Assembly: GCA_052426225.1 (NCBI GenBank)
Contig: JBNJNM010000013.1
Span: 1,116,001-1,180,000, forward strand
Reading direction: 5' to 3'
DNA from: Zancudomyces culisetae HAW-14-8
Taxonomy: Eukaryota > Fungi > Kickxellomycota
Length of the DNA: 64,000 nt
The translations under genes and the position numbers were made by a program. The notes beneath the pieces were generated by a model. It worked only from the letters and a program-made list of their open reading frames with translations. It had not been told where the DNA came from and ran no database searches. Positions 30,968-45,220 of this stretch are shown here, one piece after another (the first letter of the stretch is position 1; each line of letters begins with the position of its first letter).

Positions 30968-32260
30968 TTAGATGCTGTTGGCAAATCCTACCTGATGGTT
31001 GTCCATATCATAAACAGTATAGTACCTTCTCAGGAAACTGTCACCAATGATCCAGATTGGCCCAAGAGGTGGAGGAATATCCAAACCCATAAATGAACTG
31101 ATACATGTTCCTTGTACATTCATGACATAATCTTTTCCTTCCAACACGAATTCTTTGCCTCCAAATGTCATTGCAAATGGTGGCAATTCTGGCACTTTTG
31201 CGCAGTCAACAACATACTGGCCAGCAAAGTTCTTTTCGGCACCAATTTCCTTGTTGATTAGTTCAGCCAAATCCGAAGGAATGGCAATCAATGATGTACC
31301 TGTATCAATAGCTGCGCCCGTGTTCTCCAACTGAATCTTCTCCTTTCCAAACCGGATGTATTCCAAATCAACTTCCCAGTATCCCTTACGGCGGATTGGA
31401 GCATAGTGGATGTCTCCGGTGTATTTCTTCTCGTTAATTGCACCAAACAACAATTCTCCAACTTCTCCCTCTCCACTCTTCTCAGTATCTGTTAAATATA
31501 CTGAGAACAAGTTGCGTTTCAACATCTTGTTGTTCATCATGGTATAGAATGGTGGAACAACCTTGTTGACCGAAATGGTGTCATACCCAAGCCCCAAAAT
31601 TCCATCAAACTTACCAAAAATGAACGCAAGGCCTGGCTCCTTCAACGCCTCTGCAAAGTCTTGGCGCTCCAGTTGGATTTGGCCTATCTTGACTGCGTCA
31701 TTGCTGACTATTCCCTCAATGCTTCCGCTACCATAGTGGATTTCAAACTTGGTTCCATTTGCCCGATACGTGCTACTCTTTTCACTGTCGTATTTTTTGT
31801 GGAAGAAACATGCAATGCTGCTACACTTCTTGCTGGGAACCCACAAGTTGCTTGATCCTGTATCAAATACCACATTGAATTTTTGTCCTGGTGTTCCTAT
31901 CTCGATTTCTCCATAGTACTGTGCGTTCATAAAGTTGCTTAGTGGTACACCATATTCACCCTCTCCTGCCACCAGCGTTTGCTCTCCTGCTTCTACCTCT
32001 GTTCCTATTTCCTCACTCTCTCTTGCTGCGATATCTGATAGCACTCTTTGTCCTCCGCTCTTGTAGAATCCTAGGTACTTGTGCCTCAAATTCCTCCCGG
32101 TATCCGCATATCTCTGCATCCTCTCTCCTATTGTCTCGGTGATTCTCTTGATTGGAACCTTCAACGTTCCTGCTACGTCCTCGCTTCTGCCCTCTACCTT
32201 CGCCCCCATCATCATGGCTGCTGCCACTGACACAATCAGCCCTTTTTTTGTCATTACCAT
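30968..32260 (-). CDS. PEP4: Vacuolar aspartic protease (proteinase A/saccharopepsin)
   Basis: Signal and propeptide, VPLSNFMNAQYYGEIEIGTP, catalytic FDTGSSNLWVPS and IDTGTS, PGLAFIFGKFDGILGLGY, WIIGDSFLRRYY. Confidence 0.96.
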   Translation of the reverse strand: MVMTKKGLIVSVAAAMMMGAKVEGRSEDVAGTLKVPIKRITETIGERMQRYADTGRNLRHKYLGFYKSGGQRVLSDIAARESEEIGTEVEAGEQTLVAGEGEYGVPLSNFMNAQYYGEIEIGTPGQKFNVVFDTGSSNLWVPSKKCSSIACFFHKKYDSEKSSTYRANGTKFEIHYGSGSIEGIVSNDAVKIGQIQLERQDFAEALKEPGLAFIFGKFDGILGLGYDTISVNKVVPPFYTMMNNKMLKRNLFSVYLTDTEKSGEGEVGELLFGAINEKKYTGDIHYAPIRRKGYWEVDLEYIRFGKEKIQLENTGAAIDTGTSLIAIPSDLAELINKEIGAEKNFAGQYVVDCAKVPELPPFAMTFGGKEFVLEGKDYVMNVQGTCISSFMGLDIPPPLGPIWIIGDSFLRRYYTVYDMDNHQVGFANSI

Positions 32261-34442
32261 CTTTAGTTTCTTTTCTCTTCTCTTCTCTTTTAATCTTGCG
32301 TTATTTGTACTTGCGTTTATATTTATTTATTTATTTAATCGTTTTTTATTATTATTCCTTATTTTTATTTAATACACTACAACTTGATTTCTTAAAATAT
32401 TTAATGTTAAACCTGGTTTTATATTACTTTTTTATATTTTATTTTGTTTTTCCGTCATTCTTGTGTTTACTATTTGAAACATAATCATGAAAATAAAATA
32501 AAGTACAACAAAAAATAAACCGTTATTTCCTCTCTTTTTTTTTTGTTTTTCTTTTTTCCCTATACTGTTTTTACCAATAGGATGAAATTAAATCCCAAGA
32601 CATTAGTGTTAATTTTTGGCACCTATTACGCAACACTTTTTTTATTATTTTTTTTATTATTTTTTATTATTTTTTTTTATCGCTTGTTTTCAAATCCCTT
32701 TTTACTCATTTTCCCTCCTCATTTCTCTCCTTTGCTTTCCTTTGCTTTCCTTAACTTTTCGTTACTTTTTTTTTTTTGGTCTGCATATCTTGTTATTGTC
32801 CTTTTTATTACAATTTCATTTTTCCTACTTGGCAATCCCTCAAACCCTGCCCTCAATTTTCTCATTCTCACAGAAAATACATCTCTCCCCTTCCATCTCT
32901 CTATTTACCTTCCTCTTCAGTTACAGCTGCAGCATTTATAGATAGATGCTTCTTTTTTTCTTTCACTTGGTATATCATTTATTTGGTAAAGCTCAGCTTT
33001 TACCATCTCTGCCTCTTTTTTTTTCATTGTAAAACGTCAATGGCTGAAACTAAATTGATTTTATGATATGGTTCACATGACCTCCCATCATCATTTTGAA
33101 TAACAATCTACGGAAACACACGTAATCTGGTGAAATAAAAAGAGAGAAACATCCTATATTATAGCTCATAGCCATCTAATTATTTAGTGATTGCAACTAC
33201 AAACAAACACCTAGTGTGGATAATGATAAAGGTTCATTTCCGTATTTGTATCTCACCCTCTCCTTCACCCTCTCCCTTTCCGCCCCTCCCTCTCTAATCC
33301 TTTTACTTTTACTTTTACTTTTTGATAAAATAGAGACATAAAGTAGAAATGTATGAATAGTTAATATTTTGTAAATCCTGCCCAACAAAGACGTCCCACC
33401 AGGTGTATTACCAAGAACTAGTAATGTGACCAGCTCTTGTTTAACCGATACCATAGGTTGTTATTCGTGTTATTCATGTTTTTGTTTTTAATAGATATTT
33501 TGGTAGGTTTGGAATTAATACATGTTCTTTGCAAAGAAAAAATGAATGCTCAACAATACATTATCTTCCCCACTTTTTATTTTTATTTTTATCTATTTAT
33601 TTTATTTTTACGCTTTCATTTCTTTACATTCTACTTGAATTATTTGTTGGTACATTTTCTTTCCCCGCCCCCCGCCCTCCTTCTTATCCTTCAACTTCTC
33701 CTGCTTATTAAAGATTGTGTTTGTACTCGTTGCACTACATCATCATTTATAAATAGGCGGATGTACGAATGTATTAATACATGAATATCCAGAATGTAAA
33801 CCATAGCCAGCTTATGGATGTTGATGTAAATACCTTGCCTGGTGTTTACAAAGTGAAAGAAAGTCAAGGATATCAACAGACAAAAATATCTTTGTAAATA
33901 TCCAAATCAAAACACTCTTTTCATCATCTTTTTTTGTTTTCTACATGTATGTTTATACTTGATCCTTGACTTATCCAGAGTTGTATATCAACTTCAACAA
34001 CAATATTCACTAAAACTTTAATCTTAAATTACCTAAACTAAATTGCCCAGTTAAAGTAGAGAAAAAAAAATTTTTTTTTCTTCCTCCTCATTAACTTCCC
34101 CTCCCCAGCCCCCCCGAAAAAATTAAAACAAAGTCTCCAGATCTATTAGGTTTTTAATACAATTTTGATTATTTTTTGATTTGCGATTATTATCAAAAAA
34201 TAATGAAAAATTAAAAAATTAACAACAGAAATATTATAGTTTGAATTATATTACATTACATTACAATACATGCCAGAATCCATATACTTCAATATACCTT
34301 GATCAAAAAAAAATAAATCCATCGATTCGAATTTACGATATACGGTATACGATATACGATATATAGTCTTTGGTATTCAGAGAGAGAGGAAAAGAGAGAA
34401 AATATAGATAACAAAGCAGTTTAGCAATATATATAATACAAA

Positions 34443-35019
34443 ATGAGTTTTATCACTCCATTTCTAAAAGCAACTGCTGCTTCGAAAATCACCTACATTG
34501 CACCCCAATTCTACTCTCTAAATGTTGCAATTAGAAGGTTTACATCCAATACCTGTAAGTTTTCTTTTTCTTCCCCCCCCCCCCTTCTTTTCTTTCTCTC
34601 ATCCTTACCTCTATAAATTTCCAAAATCTATAATAGCTAAAAAAAAAATCTAAAAACAAAAAATAAAACAAAAAGTGATTCTCATTTAATCAAAAAAATA
34701 TCAACATTAATTAGCCTCAAACACAAGTTCTAATGTAAATCCAACCGAACCCCCACGCGAAAAGTCTTATATTCTAAAAGGGATGCCTCTAAAGGGTCTC
34801 AACTACTCCTCAAAGGGCGAAGAACTGATAGCGTTAGACGATTCAGAGTATCCCGAATGGCTGTGGACTCTGTTACAATCCAAAAAGGCCTCGGAAATGA
34901 CAGCAAACGATATAAGCGAAAGCGATAGCTCCGACCCTCGTACTGCTAGACTACTGCTAAAGGCACAAAATAAGGCCGGTATTAAAAAGGCCAACTTTTT
35001 GAAGAAGAAAAAGAAATAA
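34443..35019 (+). CDS. MRPL37: Mitochondrial large-subunit ribosomal protein mL54 (YmL37), 2 exons (34443-34554, 34715-35019), 138 aa
   Basis: G.PLKGLNY...IALDDSEYPEWLWTLL signature. The GTAAGT..TTAG intron 34555-34714 joins an R/S/T-rich presequence (MSFITPFLKATAASK...IRRFTS) in frame. Confidence 0.88.
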
Positions 35020-35150
35020 ACAGCACGACCCCTTCTCTCCTCTCTTCTCTCCCCAACCCCTTTTTTCCTTTCTTTTTATATCATTTATTACATATTTATT
35101 TGGTATCAAATCTATTCTAGTATGTTTCTATTTTGTTTAGTATATCTGAA

Positions 35151-36645
35151 TTAAGTTTTCTTTTTTGGTCTAGTTCCGAAACCAATATCATCACCACCCG
35201 CGCCTCTAGAGATATTGTTATTATTACCGCCATTATTATGCTTTAGTACCAACATGGGATTTTCACCCAAATCTAAAAGTTGTTGGAATATTAACAAGGG
35301 TTTGTCCTGGCTCTTAAGCACGATTTCTCGCTGTTTCCGCTGTTTGCTACCAGAAGAATTATCGTGTTTGCTGGATTCACCCGGAATTAACAACCGTAGC
35401 TTATCCTTGTCACCGTGTGGAGCTGCAAGCGCGTGTTCAAGCAAAGATGCAGGTGTACCACTGGTGATGGTCGTGCTATTTACTGGCATCATGGTTGTTG
35501 GTGTTGTTGATGTTGGTATTGCTGCTGTTGGAGACGAAGGTGATAACCCGTTGGTGACAATTACTAGCTCGTAATCCCTCCAATCGCCCTTTATGTTGTA
35601 TTTTTTGAGCGCATGTGGTAAAACTTTGTAGCATGGATCTTCAAGTCCTATTCGGACAGATTTGAAAGGATTCGCGTCTGATATTTCTAAAGTTGGTTTG
35701 GGTTTTTCTTTATGTTGTCTTGCTTCTTCTGTCTCAACGTCTCGCGCTTTAGCTTTTGCATTCGCATTTGCATTTGCCTTGTCTTTTCCTCCTTCACCTT
35801 CATTCTCTTGTTCCTGGGTTACCCTTTCATGACTTTTTTCAAATATATTGTTAGCATTACCCACACGATTTTCAAAAGTTCTGGCTGATGTGAAATACCT
35901 ACTACTCGTCGGACTAACATCTGTATCTCCACCAACATTCAAATTCTTTTTGTTTCGCTGCTCTGTTCCTACACTGGTATCACCTATCCCGCCAACTTTT
36001 CTTAGTTCCTCATCCCGCCTTTTCCTCAGTGTTGGGCTAGTAAGACTACCAGTACTATTGGCGCTGTTGCAGTTGGGACTGTTTCCTCGTTCCAAATCCT
36101 CAATCTTTCTTTGCAATGTATTTACCTTTTCAATCAACATATCAATAGTTTTCTCCTGTCTTGCGACTCTATCTCGCAACTTGGACATTTCTAGATTGCT
36201 CTGTACCTGCTCCAAAAGCGGAATATATGTGTCTATTGTTTCTTGAATATTGAATTTCCGTTTGAGATGGTAAATTTCTTTGAGTATTGACATTCGAATG
36301 CCTAGCCTTTTAACTCCGATTTCCAACAATCCGGAATTATCCAGTCCTACTAGAACCTGTCCATCAATTTCGTGTTCTACTTATTTGAAACATTTGGATA
36401 TTTTTTAGCTTTGTTTATTATCATATTATTGGGTTGGACAGGTACAAAAAGTACATTTAGTTAGCCGTCAAATGTGTTTGTAAAAAAAAAAATACAATAA
36501 TAATAAACAAAGAAAAGAGGAGTTGCTTACCAAGTAGATTGTGTGAAATATCTGTAAATCCCTTTGCTTCAAACCACTTGATTACTTGCTCAACAGTCCA
36601 AGACTCTACATTAGTCGATTCTAACGTGTAGATTTCATTATCCAT
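35151..36645 (-). CDS. STE50: STE50-like MAPK adaptor (SAM + coiled coil + Ras-association domain), 2 exons (36645-36531, 36376-35151)
   Basis: SAM domain VESWTVEQVIKWF..-EHEIDGQVLVGLDNSGLLEIGVKRLGIRMSILK spans the GTAAGC..GTAG intron 36377-36530. RA domain FKSVRIGLEDPCYKVLPHALKKYNI..DWRDYELVI...DKPLLIFQQL..GENPMLVLK. Confidence 0.87.
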
Positions 36646-39297
36646 TCTATACTCCAATTGATTCTCAGAATATGCAGACAAGTGGTTATATTTGTATTTC
36701 TATTTCTATTTCTATTTAAACCTGTGTGAGTCTTTTCTTTTGTGTCTATTAAACCAAGTTTGAAAGATTGTTTTTTAGAGTATTAATGTTTACAACAATA
36801 AAGAATGGAAATAATTTTCAAGCCAAGTTGTTTATTCCAGTATTGAAAAAAAAATGTTAAGCCGCTAAAAAAAATGCTAGCTTTGTCGACTGTACCAAAA
36901 TATCGGAATTCTCTTGTTTTCCTATTTGCTCACTTTGTATTGTGTTGTGTTGTGTTGTATTGTGTTGTGATAAGTGAGTGTGTATTTTTTTTTTTTACAT
37001 GTCTTGGTTAAACAAAATGTTTTATTATAAAAGAACAGTTAAGGTAGTTTGGAGCTTTAGTGTCGAAAATATCAAAAAGGAAGAAAAAAAAAAGCTTTAT
37101 AAACAGCAAAGAGGGGTTTATCAAAAACTTTTGGGACCCTTAGTATGTTGCTGTTATATACTTTTTGCGTCAATAAAAGAGCCTTTTTGTTTTTTTTTAC
37201 AAGTTTCTAATTTAGTAAATTAACAGTCTTTACAAAGTATAATGTAAAATAGTATCAGAAATTCGTTTATTGGGATTTGAAGTAGAAAAAAAGATAGCTA
37301 GATAGAGAAAGAGAAACGAAAAGAGTAGGGAAAGAAGAAAGAAGAAAGAGGAAGCAAGGATGAAGAAAATGGAAGAGAGTGTTGTTTGTGTAGGAGAATT
37401 GGGGGTGGAGAGAGAGAAAGTTGCTAAAATATTTGACTTTGAAACATTTGATTTGCGATCCAAAGTATGTTGTAAAGATTGTGGATATCAGCAAAACACT
37501 ACCTAATAATAGAAAAAAACATCAAGAACCACATTTTATCAACCCACATCGACACACACACACGCCCCTCCCTTTCACCTTTCACCTTTCACCTTTCATC
37601 TAAATGTTTACATTATCTTATGGCTACTTTTTGAATAATAAACAGCCTATAAAGAAGCTTTAAAAATAAAAGGTACAAGATATATTAAAAGCGATTCCTT
37701 TTTCATAAGCCTTATTGTTGCTATATTTAGTAGTGTTGAGATAAAAATAAAAATAAAAATAAACATTAATGAGAACCAGAACCAGAACCAGAACCAGAAT
37801 AAATTAATACTAAAAATAAATATAAAAAACAAATATAGTAAGGGAAAATTAGCCCGCCTTTTTCAAACTGTTTAATATTTTTTTCTTTAAATACAACCAT
37901 TAAATTATTAGTCAAAAATAAAATAATTGTATAATGGGTGGTGGGATAGGTAGTACAGATTTTAGTTGGTGTTACGAAGGGGAGGGGGGTATGAAGTATG
38001 AAAAAAAAAAACAAACAAAAAAAAAAGTGCAAGTAAAAGTAAAAGAGTGGGGGGAGGGGGATACTTGAATATTTTTATTTAATTTATTTTTAGCAAAGTA
38101 GAAATAAGGAGAGTTATCATGATTACGATATAAGAGCAAGTTTATTTGGTATTAATTAAAAATAAATCTAGGTTAATTAATTACAAGGGAGTTTTGACAA
38201 GCTGGTAAAATAAATAAGAAAAAAACAAGGTAAAAATAGGTAAAAGAAATTGAAAGAGTGAGGTTGAGAGAGTGAGGACTAGGATGAGGATGAGAATGAG
38301 AATGAGGGAGAGAGTGATGTGTGTATTGAGTGTATAAGAAAGCTAAAAGCATATTGATTGGTGTGATTGTGAAAAAAATCAAACGACGATGAAAAAAATA
38401 ACGAGTTTTATCAAAGCCATATGTTTCATGGAACAATAGATAATAAAAATAAAAATAATAGTAATAGCAAGAAGGAAAAAAAAAATGAAAAGCAAAATAG
38501 AGGAGGAAATACAAAAGTAAACCAGCTTTCCAAGAAATAAATTTATCTGCATGGCTCAATAAAAATTCGGTTTTGTGGGCTGAACATGATAAATGAAGTT
38601 TCTTACAAACAAAACACTCTAGAAAAAAAAAAGAAAAAAATAAGGTTGTGAATATAGATTTGGTTTTATTTTGGTATGAAAAGATCAAGTGATAATTTCA
38701 AATTTGATGAAATCTCAACACCACCTCAATTTTCCTTCACTTGTTCTTTTAGTTCCCACAACCTCTCTAACTAACTAACTAACTAACTCAACGTCCAACA
38801 TTCAACATGATCATCACTATCATTATCATTATCACTATCACTATTGTCTGCAACCTACTTTTTAAAAAGGAATTAATTACAAAAAAAAATATTATACTTC
38901 AGAAATTTACCCAATATTTTACAAGCAAATAGAATAAAACGAAATAATAAAGTACAGGTAAAAAAAAAATAAACTAAATCTCACGCCAAAAAAAAATAAA
39001 AGCATCAAAAATTCAACAACATTTTACCAATCTGCTCTTATCTAATTTGCTTGAAATTGTGTTTTTCGTTTAGTTTTTATTAAATTACATTATAATACAT
39101 TCCATTATATTATACTACATTATATTACACCATATGTTTTTCTGTATACATTATTTTTATTGCTCTTGCTAAAAGATAAAAAAATAAAGAGTAATACATA
39201 GGTAACAAATAACAACATTTTCCTATAATAAATGATAAAAGAAAAAGATTAAAAATAAAAACTAGAATATAAATTTTAAAAATAACTAGAAAGAAAA

Positions 39298-41924
39298 ATG
39301 AGTTCAAGCCAAGCGGCGCGAAGTAGACAGGCAAAGAAGGATGAGGTAAATAGATTAAATCTGAAGAGGAATAATGTTAAATAAAAAAAAATAAAAACAA
39401 AAATATAAAGGGCGTTTATAGAGATATAGAATTTAGAGATAAATAATAAATAAATGAATAAACAAATAAATAGGCAATTAGAAAAAAAGCAGAAATGGGG
39501 CTAATAAAAAAGCAGACACAAGCGAAAAAGAGTTCAGTGGTAGGAGGATATCAAGATGGGGGAAGTAGCGGTAGTGTATTGTATGGACAAACAGGGTCGA
39601 TGGTTGGAGGAACAGAGGTTTCTGGAACAGTAAATAGCATGGTCAGGGGTATAGGAGATGCAGGTAGTATTGGGTATGCAGGAGAGTCGGATTTGGGCGT
39701 GGAGGATAGTAGAGGGGGCCGGAAAAAAAAGATCAATGCAGGAACAGTGGCAGCACTGAAGCCACATGTGGCATTTACAGTGCGAGAAACGATATCGGTA
39801 GTGGAGGCAGCACAGTTGATGACAGCGAAGCGAGCCGATTCGGTATTGGTGATTGATGAGGAGGAGCGATTGGCAGGAATATTTACGGCGAAGGATATAG
39901 CGTTCCGTGCAGTGGCAGAGAGAAGAAATCTACACAACACGATGGTTCGAGAGATAGCAACACGAGATCCATTTTGTGTAACAGTAGATGCGTCGGCAAT
40001 AGATGCATTGAATACAATGGTGGATAGAGGATTTAGACACTTGCCGATATGTAATGAGGAAGGCGATATAGTAGGGTTGCTGGATGTGATCAAGTGTATG
40101 TATGATGCACTGGAGAAGATGGATCGAGCATATCAGAGCACACGGGCGTTGTATGATGCGTTGGAAGGGGTGGAGAAGGAATGGAGTGTGCAATCGACAC
40201 AGCTGGTGAATTTTGTGGAGCAGTTGCGGGACAAAATGACGTGTCCAGATGTTGAATCGATTCTGGGAGACATTGAGCCAGTGTTGGTGACGCCGAGGAC
40301 GACAGTGTATGAAACGGCACACTTGATGCGGGCAAACAACACGACGGCGGCGATGGTGATAGATGAGGAGCAAGGGTTGTTGTCGGGGATATTTACGACA
40401 AAGGATATAGTGCTTCGAGTGATTGCGGCAGGGTTGGATCCAGTGAATTGCAGCGTGGTACGGGTGATGACGCCGCACCCCGATACAGTTTCGCCAGAGA
40501 CATCGATATTGGATGCATTGAAGCAGATGTATGAGAGAGGATATTTGAACTTGCCAATTATTCGGGAGAACGGAGAGATTTTGGGGGTTGCAGATGTGTT
40601 GGGATTGTGTTATGCGACATTGGAGCAAATGAAGTTTATTCAGAATGGATTGATGGGAGAAGGAGGAGATCAAGCAGGATTAGGAATGGCGATGGGAATG
40701 GGGATGGGAGGTATGGGAGGAATGGGGATGGGAGGAATGAGTATGGGAATGGAAGGACCAGTTTGGTCACATTTCTTTAATGAAAATTTTGCAACAGATT
40801 TTGATAATCAATCAAGCAATGTATTTTCAGCAAACAATAATAATAACAACAACAAAAATATCAACAATAACAACAACAACAACAACAACAATAATAATAA
40901 TAATAGCAATAATAATAATAAAGCCAATAGTATAAGCAATAGCAAAATGATGGAACGTCGTATGGTATCCAGTGGTATAGTTCCACCACCATCATTTGTC
41001 AATGGTACACTACATTTGGCTGGAGATATATTCCCAAATGAATCAGCATCGATGATAGATGATATTCAATCAGCAGTTAATTCCAAAGTTGGAGAATATC
41101 AAGACCAACAACAAAATTTACAACCAATGGAACCAATGGACCAAACACAAATTCCAGTAGATATTAACTCGAGCTATTTAAATGAGAATGATAGAGGAAT
41201 AACAATGGCAACAGGAGGAGGAGGAATGATATCTAGTATGGGAGGTGCTAGCAAGACAGTCTCTAACATTGCGTTATCATATTCTGGGAACAGTACAATT
41301 GGATCGGTGGAAGTGTATTCATTTAAATTCCGGTCACCAAACGCACGGATTCATCGATTCAATTCGCCAGTTAACGACTATGAAGCACTACACACAGCGA
41401 TAGTCGACCGATTGATAGCAGAAGGAATCCAAGATGCCGAAACGTTGGTGTTGGAAATTGGATTGGTATATGTTGACAGCGAAGGAGACTTTGTGCAGTT
41501 GAGTAATGGGATGGATTTGGTAGATGCGGTTGAGCAATCTAAACGGCAATCTAACCAAGAGCAACGTGTGTTGGTGCAATTGAATGCGACTGCTGAGGAT
41601 TTGCAGAAACGTGTTGAGGATAAGAGGAAAATGATGGAACAAATGGATGTTTCTGCACCTGTTATGGTTTCTTCAAACTCAAACTCAAATTTAAATTCAA
41701 GTTTAAATTCAAACTCAAACTTAAATGCTAATGTTGCGGATAATTTGGTCAAGCAAAGAAAGAAATGGCAGGATTTATCTTTTACTAATCATGAAAATGT
41801 ACGGGAAGTTGTAAAGGGTCCATTTGGAGTATCGGGATCGTTGATTACTCCAATCTCCATCTTTACTGGATTAATAGTTGCAGGTTCTTTTATATATTTG
41901 GCGAATTCAATTGGGAAACGTTAG
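39298..41924 (+). CDS. CBS x4 + PB1 domain protein with C-terminal TM anchor (S. pombe Mug70/plant CBSCBSPB-like), 2 exons (39298-39345, 39474-41924)
   Basis: Exon 1 MSSSQAARSRQAKKDE splices via GTAAAT..ATAG to AIRKKAE, restoring the family's RxRQxKxDEAIRxK motif. CBS repeats (AGIFTAKD, GFRHLP, SGIFTTKD, GYLNLP); PB1 (YSFKFRSP..HRF..YVDSEGDFV); terminal hydrophobic helix. Confidence 0.9.
40833..40919 (+). repeat. Coding (AAC/AAT)n microsatellite encoding a poly-Asn tract
   Basis: Nearly continuous AAC/AAT triplets inside the CBS/PB1 ORF. Confidence 0.9.
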
Positions 41925-41990
41925 TATTTTATTTATTTATTTATTTAGTTATTAATTTTATAATAATAATAATAATAATATTAATATTAA

Positions 41991-44168
41991 TTAAGAAGTG
42001 TGAGAAAATACAAGAGCAGTTCTGTTTGGTAAATAAATCAAAATATAATTATCACGACCACAATAACCACCACCTTTATTATTGTCATCATTATCGTTAT
42101 CGTTATCGTTCTTATTTTTACCATTAAAAGAAAAGAATTGGGTCGAGTTGTCAATTCGATTATGACCCATAAACTGATCATCATCTGAGTTCAAAACTAT
42201 TTGGTATTTTCCAGCCCAAGCTGTAGGAATACGGTAATCACTAAACGACTTGGTAGGATGGAAATTAAACACCCACAACAAATTGCCTCGTTCAAACACC
42301 AAAACCTTGTCTTCCTCATGTTTATACGATACATATGTATCGTTTGAAGGTCTGTTACATCCATTCAACAACCATTTATGCTCACTCTCCAATTTGTTCA
42401 TCGCACAATCAAACCGGTACAAATACTTATACCGCAATAACTCGTCCTCAATCAAATTGAACTGTCGTCTCGCATATTGAAACGATGAATTGTTCCCCTC
42501 CCGTGGGAAATCCAACCACTCAGGATGCCCAAACTCATTTCCCTCAAATGTCAAATACCCCTCTCCTCCCAACCCAAACGTAACCAACCTAATCATCTTG
42601 TGCAACGCAATCCCCCGGTCAATCACATTTGTCCTTGGTGAAAGCTCCGACATGTTTGTATACATTTCGCTGTCCATCAACCAAAACGCAATTGTCTTGT
42701 CCCCTACCAATGCCTGGTCATGTGACTCGCAGTACGTTATCGTCCGTTCCAAGTGTCGTCGGTTGGTCAGTTGAAATGCTATATGTCCAATATTCCATTC
42801 CTCATCGCTTTTTTCCTTGAGGTACTTGATCCACATATCTGGTATCGACATCCCTAATCGATAATCAAACCCGACTCCTCCTTCCCAAGTCGGTCGACAC
42901 AGTGCTGGCATTCCACTGACATCTTCTGCTATTGTAACACACCCCGGGTATACTGTATGCGCCATATGGTTGGCCAGCATCAAATACACCACTGCATCTT
43001 CGTCAGTTGCTCCGTTTGCAAAATACTCATCATAGTTTCCGCTAAATCCTACTCCAATTCCGTGGTGCTGATACATCATCGATGTTACTCCATCAAACCT
43101 AAACCCATCAAATCCAAATTCCTCCATATAATACCGCAGATTCGATAACAAATACCGTATCACTTCGTATTTCCCATAATCAAATAATCGACTCCCCCAC
43201 AACTCATGTCTCCCTTTAAACCCTGCATGGAAATAACAATCATCGCTACCATCAAACTTATTCAATCCATCCTCAATATTATCACTCGCATGTGAATGCA
43301 CCACATCCAAAAGCACCGATATCCCTTGCTTGTGCGCCTCGTCTACCAATTCCTTCAAGTCCTCCAATGTTCCATACCGCGACGATGCTGCAAAAAACGC
43401 CGTTACTTGATACCCAAATGATGCATAATACGCATGCTCCATAATCGCCATCAACTGAATCGTATTGTATCCAAGTTCCTTAATTCGTGGTATTGCTGTC
43501 CTTGTAAATTCCTTGTATGTTCCTACTCTTGGCTCCGGTGTTGATATTCCTACGTGTGCCTCGTAGATACGTAAATCCTCCTCGGGCTTTACCCGTGCTT
43601 GTTTCATCGTGTACTTTTCCTCCTCACTTGGGTTATAGAACACTCCTTCATATAATGGACTGACATTCAAATCCTGAACTACATATTTACTCCATGCTGG
43701 TATCCTATATATCCTTTCTTCCTCTCCTTCTCCTCCTTGGTTCTTTTTGATCAAAAAACTAACTTTAACCTTTGACATGTGTTGGATCGCTGGAACTTTT
43801 TTTTCTTTTCCATCCTTGCTTTTACTTGTCACATGTGGAATCTCCACCTCCCAAACACCATATTCATCAACAACCATTTTGTGGCTCTCCACATTCCACT
43901 CATTAAACTCTCCGACCAAACTTGCTCCTATCGCATTTGGTGCCCATTCTCTATACACCACTTTGTCCTCCTTTATCAAAAACCCAAACTTTTCATACCC
44001 TCGTGAAAAACTCTCTATTCCTTTTCCATCTGTACAGTTTTCATTGCGATCGATATCACCTAGCCATTCGTTGAATCTGGCATACCGATTCTTGAAATAT
44101 CCTTCATATGGCTTTAGATATGGATCATCATTCAACACCTGCGTACCATCACTTGGTTTTGTTTCCAT
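41991..44168 (-). CDS. GLC3: 1,4-alpha-glucan branching enzyme (GH13_8)
   Basis: [36 protein letters not shown], catalytic [16 protein letters not shown] and ESHDQ. First ATG at 44168 (44204 is TTG). Confidence 0.97.
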   Translation of the reverse strand: METKPSDGTQVLNDDPYLKPYEGYFKNRYARFNEWLGDIDRNENCTDGKGIESFSRGYEKFGFLIKEDKVVYREWAPNAIGASLVGEFNEWNVESHKMVVDEYGVWEVEIPHVTSKSKDGKEKKVPAIQHMSKVKVSFLIKKNQGGEGEEERIYRIPAWSKYVVQDLNVSPLYEGVFYNPSEEEKYTMKQARVKPEEDLRIYEAHVGISTPEPRVGTYKEFTRTAIPRIKELGYNTIQLMAIMEHAYYASFGYQVTAFFAASSRYGTLEDLKELVDEAHKQGISVLLDVVHSHASDNIEDGLNKFDGSDDCYFHAGFKGRHELWGSRLFDYGKYEVIRYLLSNLRYYMEEFGFDGFRFDGVTSMMYQHHGIGVGFSGNYDEYFANGATDEDAVVYLMLANHMAHTVYPGCVTIAEDVSGMPALCRPTWEGGVGFDYRLGMSIPDMWIKYLKEKSDEEWNIGHIAFQLTNRRHLERTITYCESHDQALVGDKTIAFWLMDSEMYTNMSELSPRTNVIDRGIALHKMIRLVTFGLGGEGYLTFEGNEFGHPEWLDFPREGNNSSFQYARRQFNLIEDELLRYKYLYRFDCAMNKLESEHKWLLNGCNRPSNDTYVSYKHEEDKVLVFERGNLLWVFNFHPTKSFSDYRIPTAWAGKYQIVLNSDDDQFMGHNRIDNSTQFFSFNGKNKNDNDNDNDDNNKGGGYCGRDNYILIYLPNRTALVFSHTS

Positions 44169-45150
44169 TTTCTTTATTATATTTTCTTGTGTTGTATGTT
44201 TCAAATATTTATGCTATAATTTAATATACTACTTTGTTATTTAAAATAAAAAACACCGAAAAGTTGTTGCTGTTGGTTTGCAATCCCCTTTTTTATTTTA
44301 TACTGTTTTTTTTTTGTTTTTTTTTGTATTTTTTTTGTAATAGTTTTAGTTTTCATTATATCACACTACACTACATTTGGAAAAATTCGGAGTTTAAAGG
44401 TCAAATATAAAATGTATATTAATTAATTTACCTATAATTTTAGTCTTGCAATTCCAATTCGCTGAAAATTATTAGCTTTATATATGTGTGTATATATAAT
44501 TTTATTATTATTGTGTATTCGAGAATTAACAACCATCGATAAAGATAAATATTCACCCAACTTTTTCTTTTTTTCTTCTTTATGTTCCCAAACCAAGAAC
44601 TGAAAATCGTCAAGAAATATATATATATGTATATATACGTGCCAAATTAATAATACAGTCCCAAAAAAACTCATAGTGAATATTAATACAAATCAATAGT
44701 TATTAAATGAACTTTATATTAATTTAAGACCATTAAAACGAATAAACCAGACCCTAAAACCAAACATTGATTTGAAATCCTTTATTTCTTTTGTTACTCT
44801 GCATTTACGATTAATACTTTGTTTATTTTACTTTTTTAAAAGGTATTCTGTACTGAAATGGGATTTTTGGTTGCTAGTTTCAAGAAAACATCCATGTACA
44901 TGGTACATTTATACATACATATATATATATATATGAATTTTAGAGTTGTAAATACGCTAACAACCTAGTAAATATACTATAAAAAAACAAGTGGGTATAG
45001 TAAAGGCAGCTTAATTGAATAAATCTCAACAAAAAAAAAAGCCATACAGACTCGTATAAAAATACAAAGTTCCATTTGGTTTCTAGTGATATTTTCCAGC
45101 TTAGTTCATTTAGCTTTGTCAATTCTTGATACCATTATATCAATATACTA

Positions 45151-45220
45151 CATACTTATATACTTACATACTTATATACTTATATACTTACATACTTATA
45201 TACTTATATACTTACATACT
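45151..45220. repeat. Tandem 8-bp repeat (C/T)ATACTTA, about 8.7 copies, in the GBE/RINT1 divergent intergenic region
   Basis: catactta tatactta catactta tatactta tatactta catactta tatactta tatactta catact. Confidence 0.9.

Noticed and set aside
32260-34440. Many F/L/I-rich ORFs (also at 36978-39334) and the peptide LGNTPGGTSLLGRI
   Set aside because: Artefacts of T-rich or A-rich low-complexity intergenic DNA; no consistent spliced model could be built.
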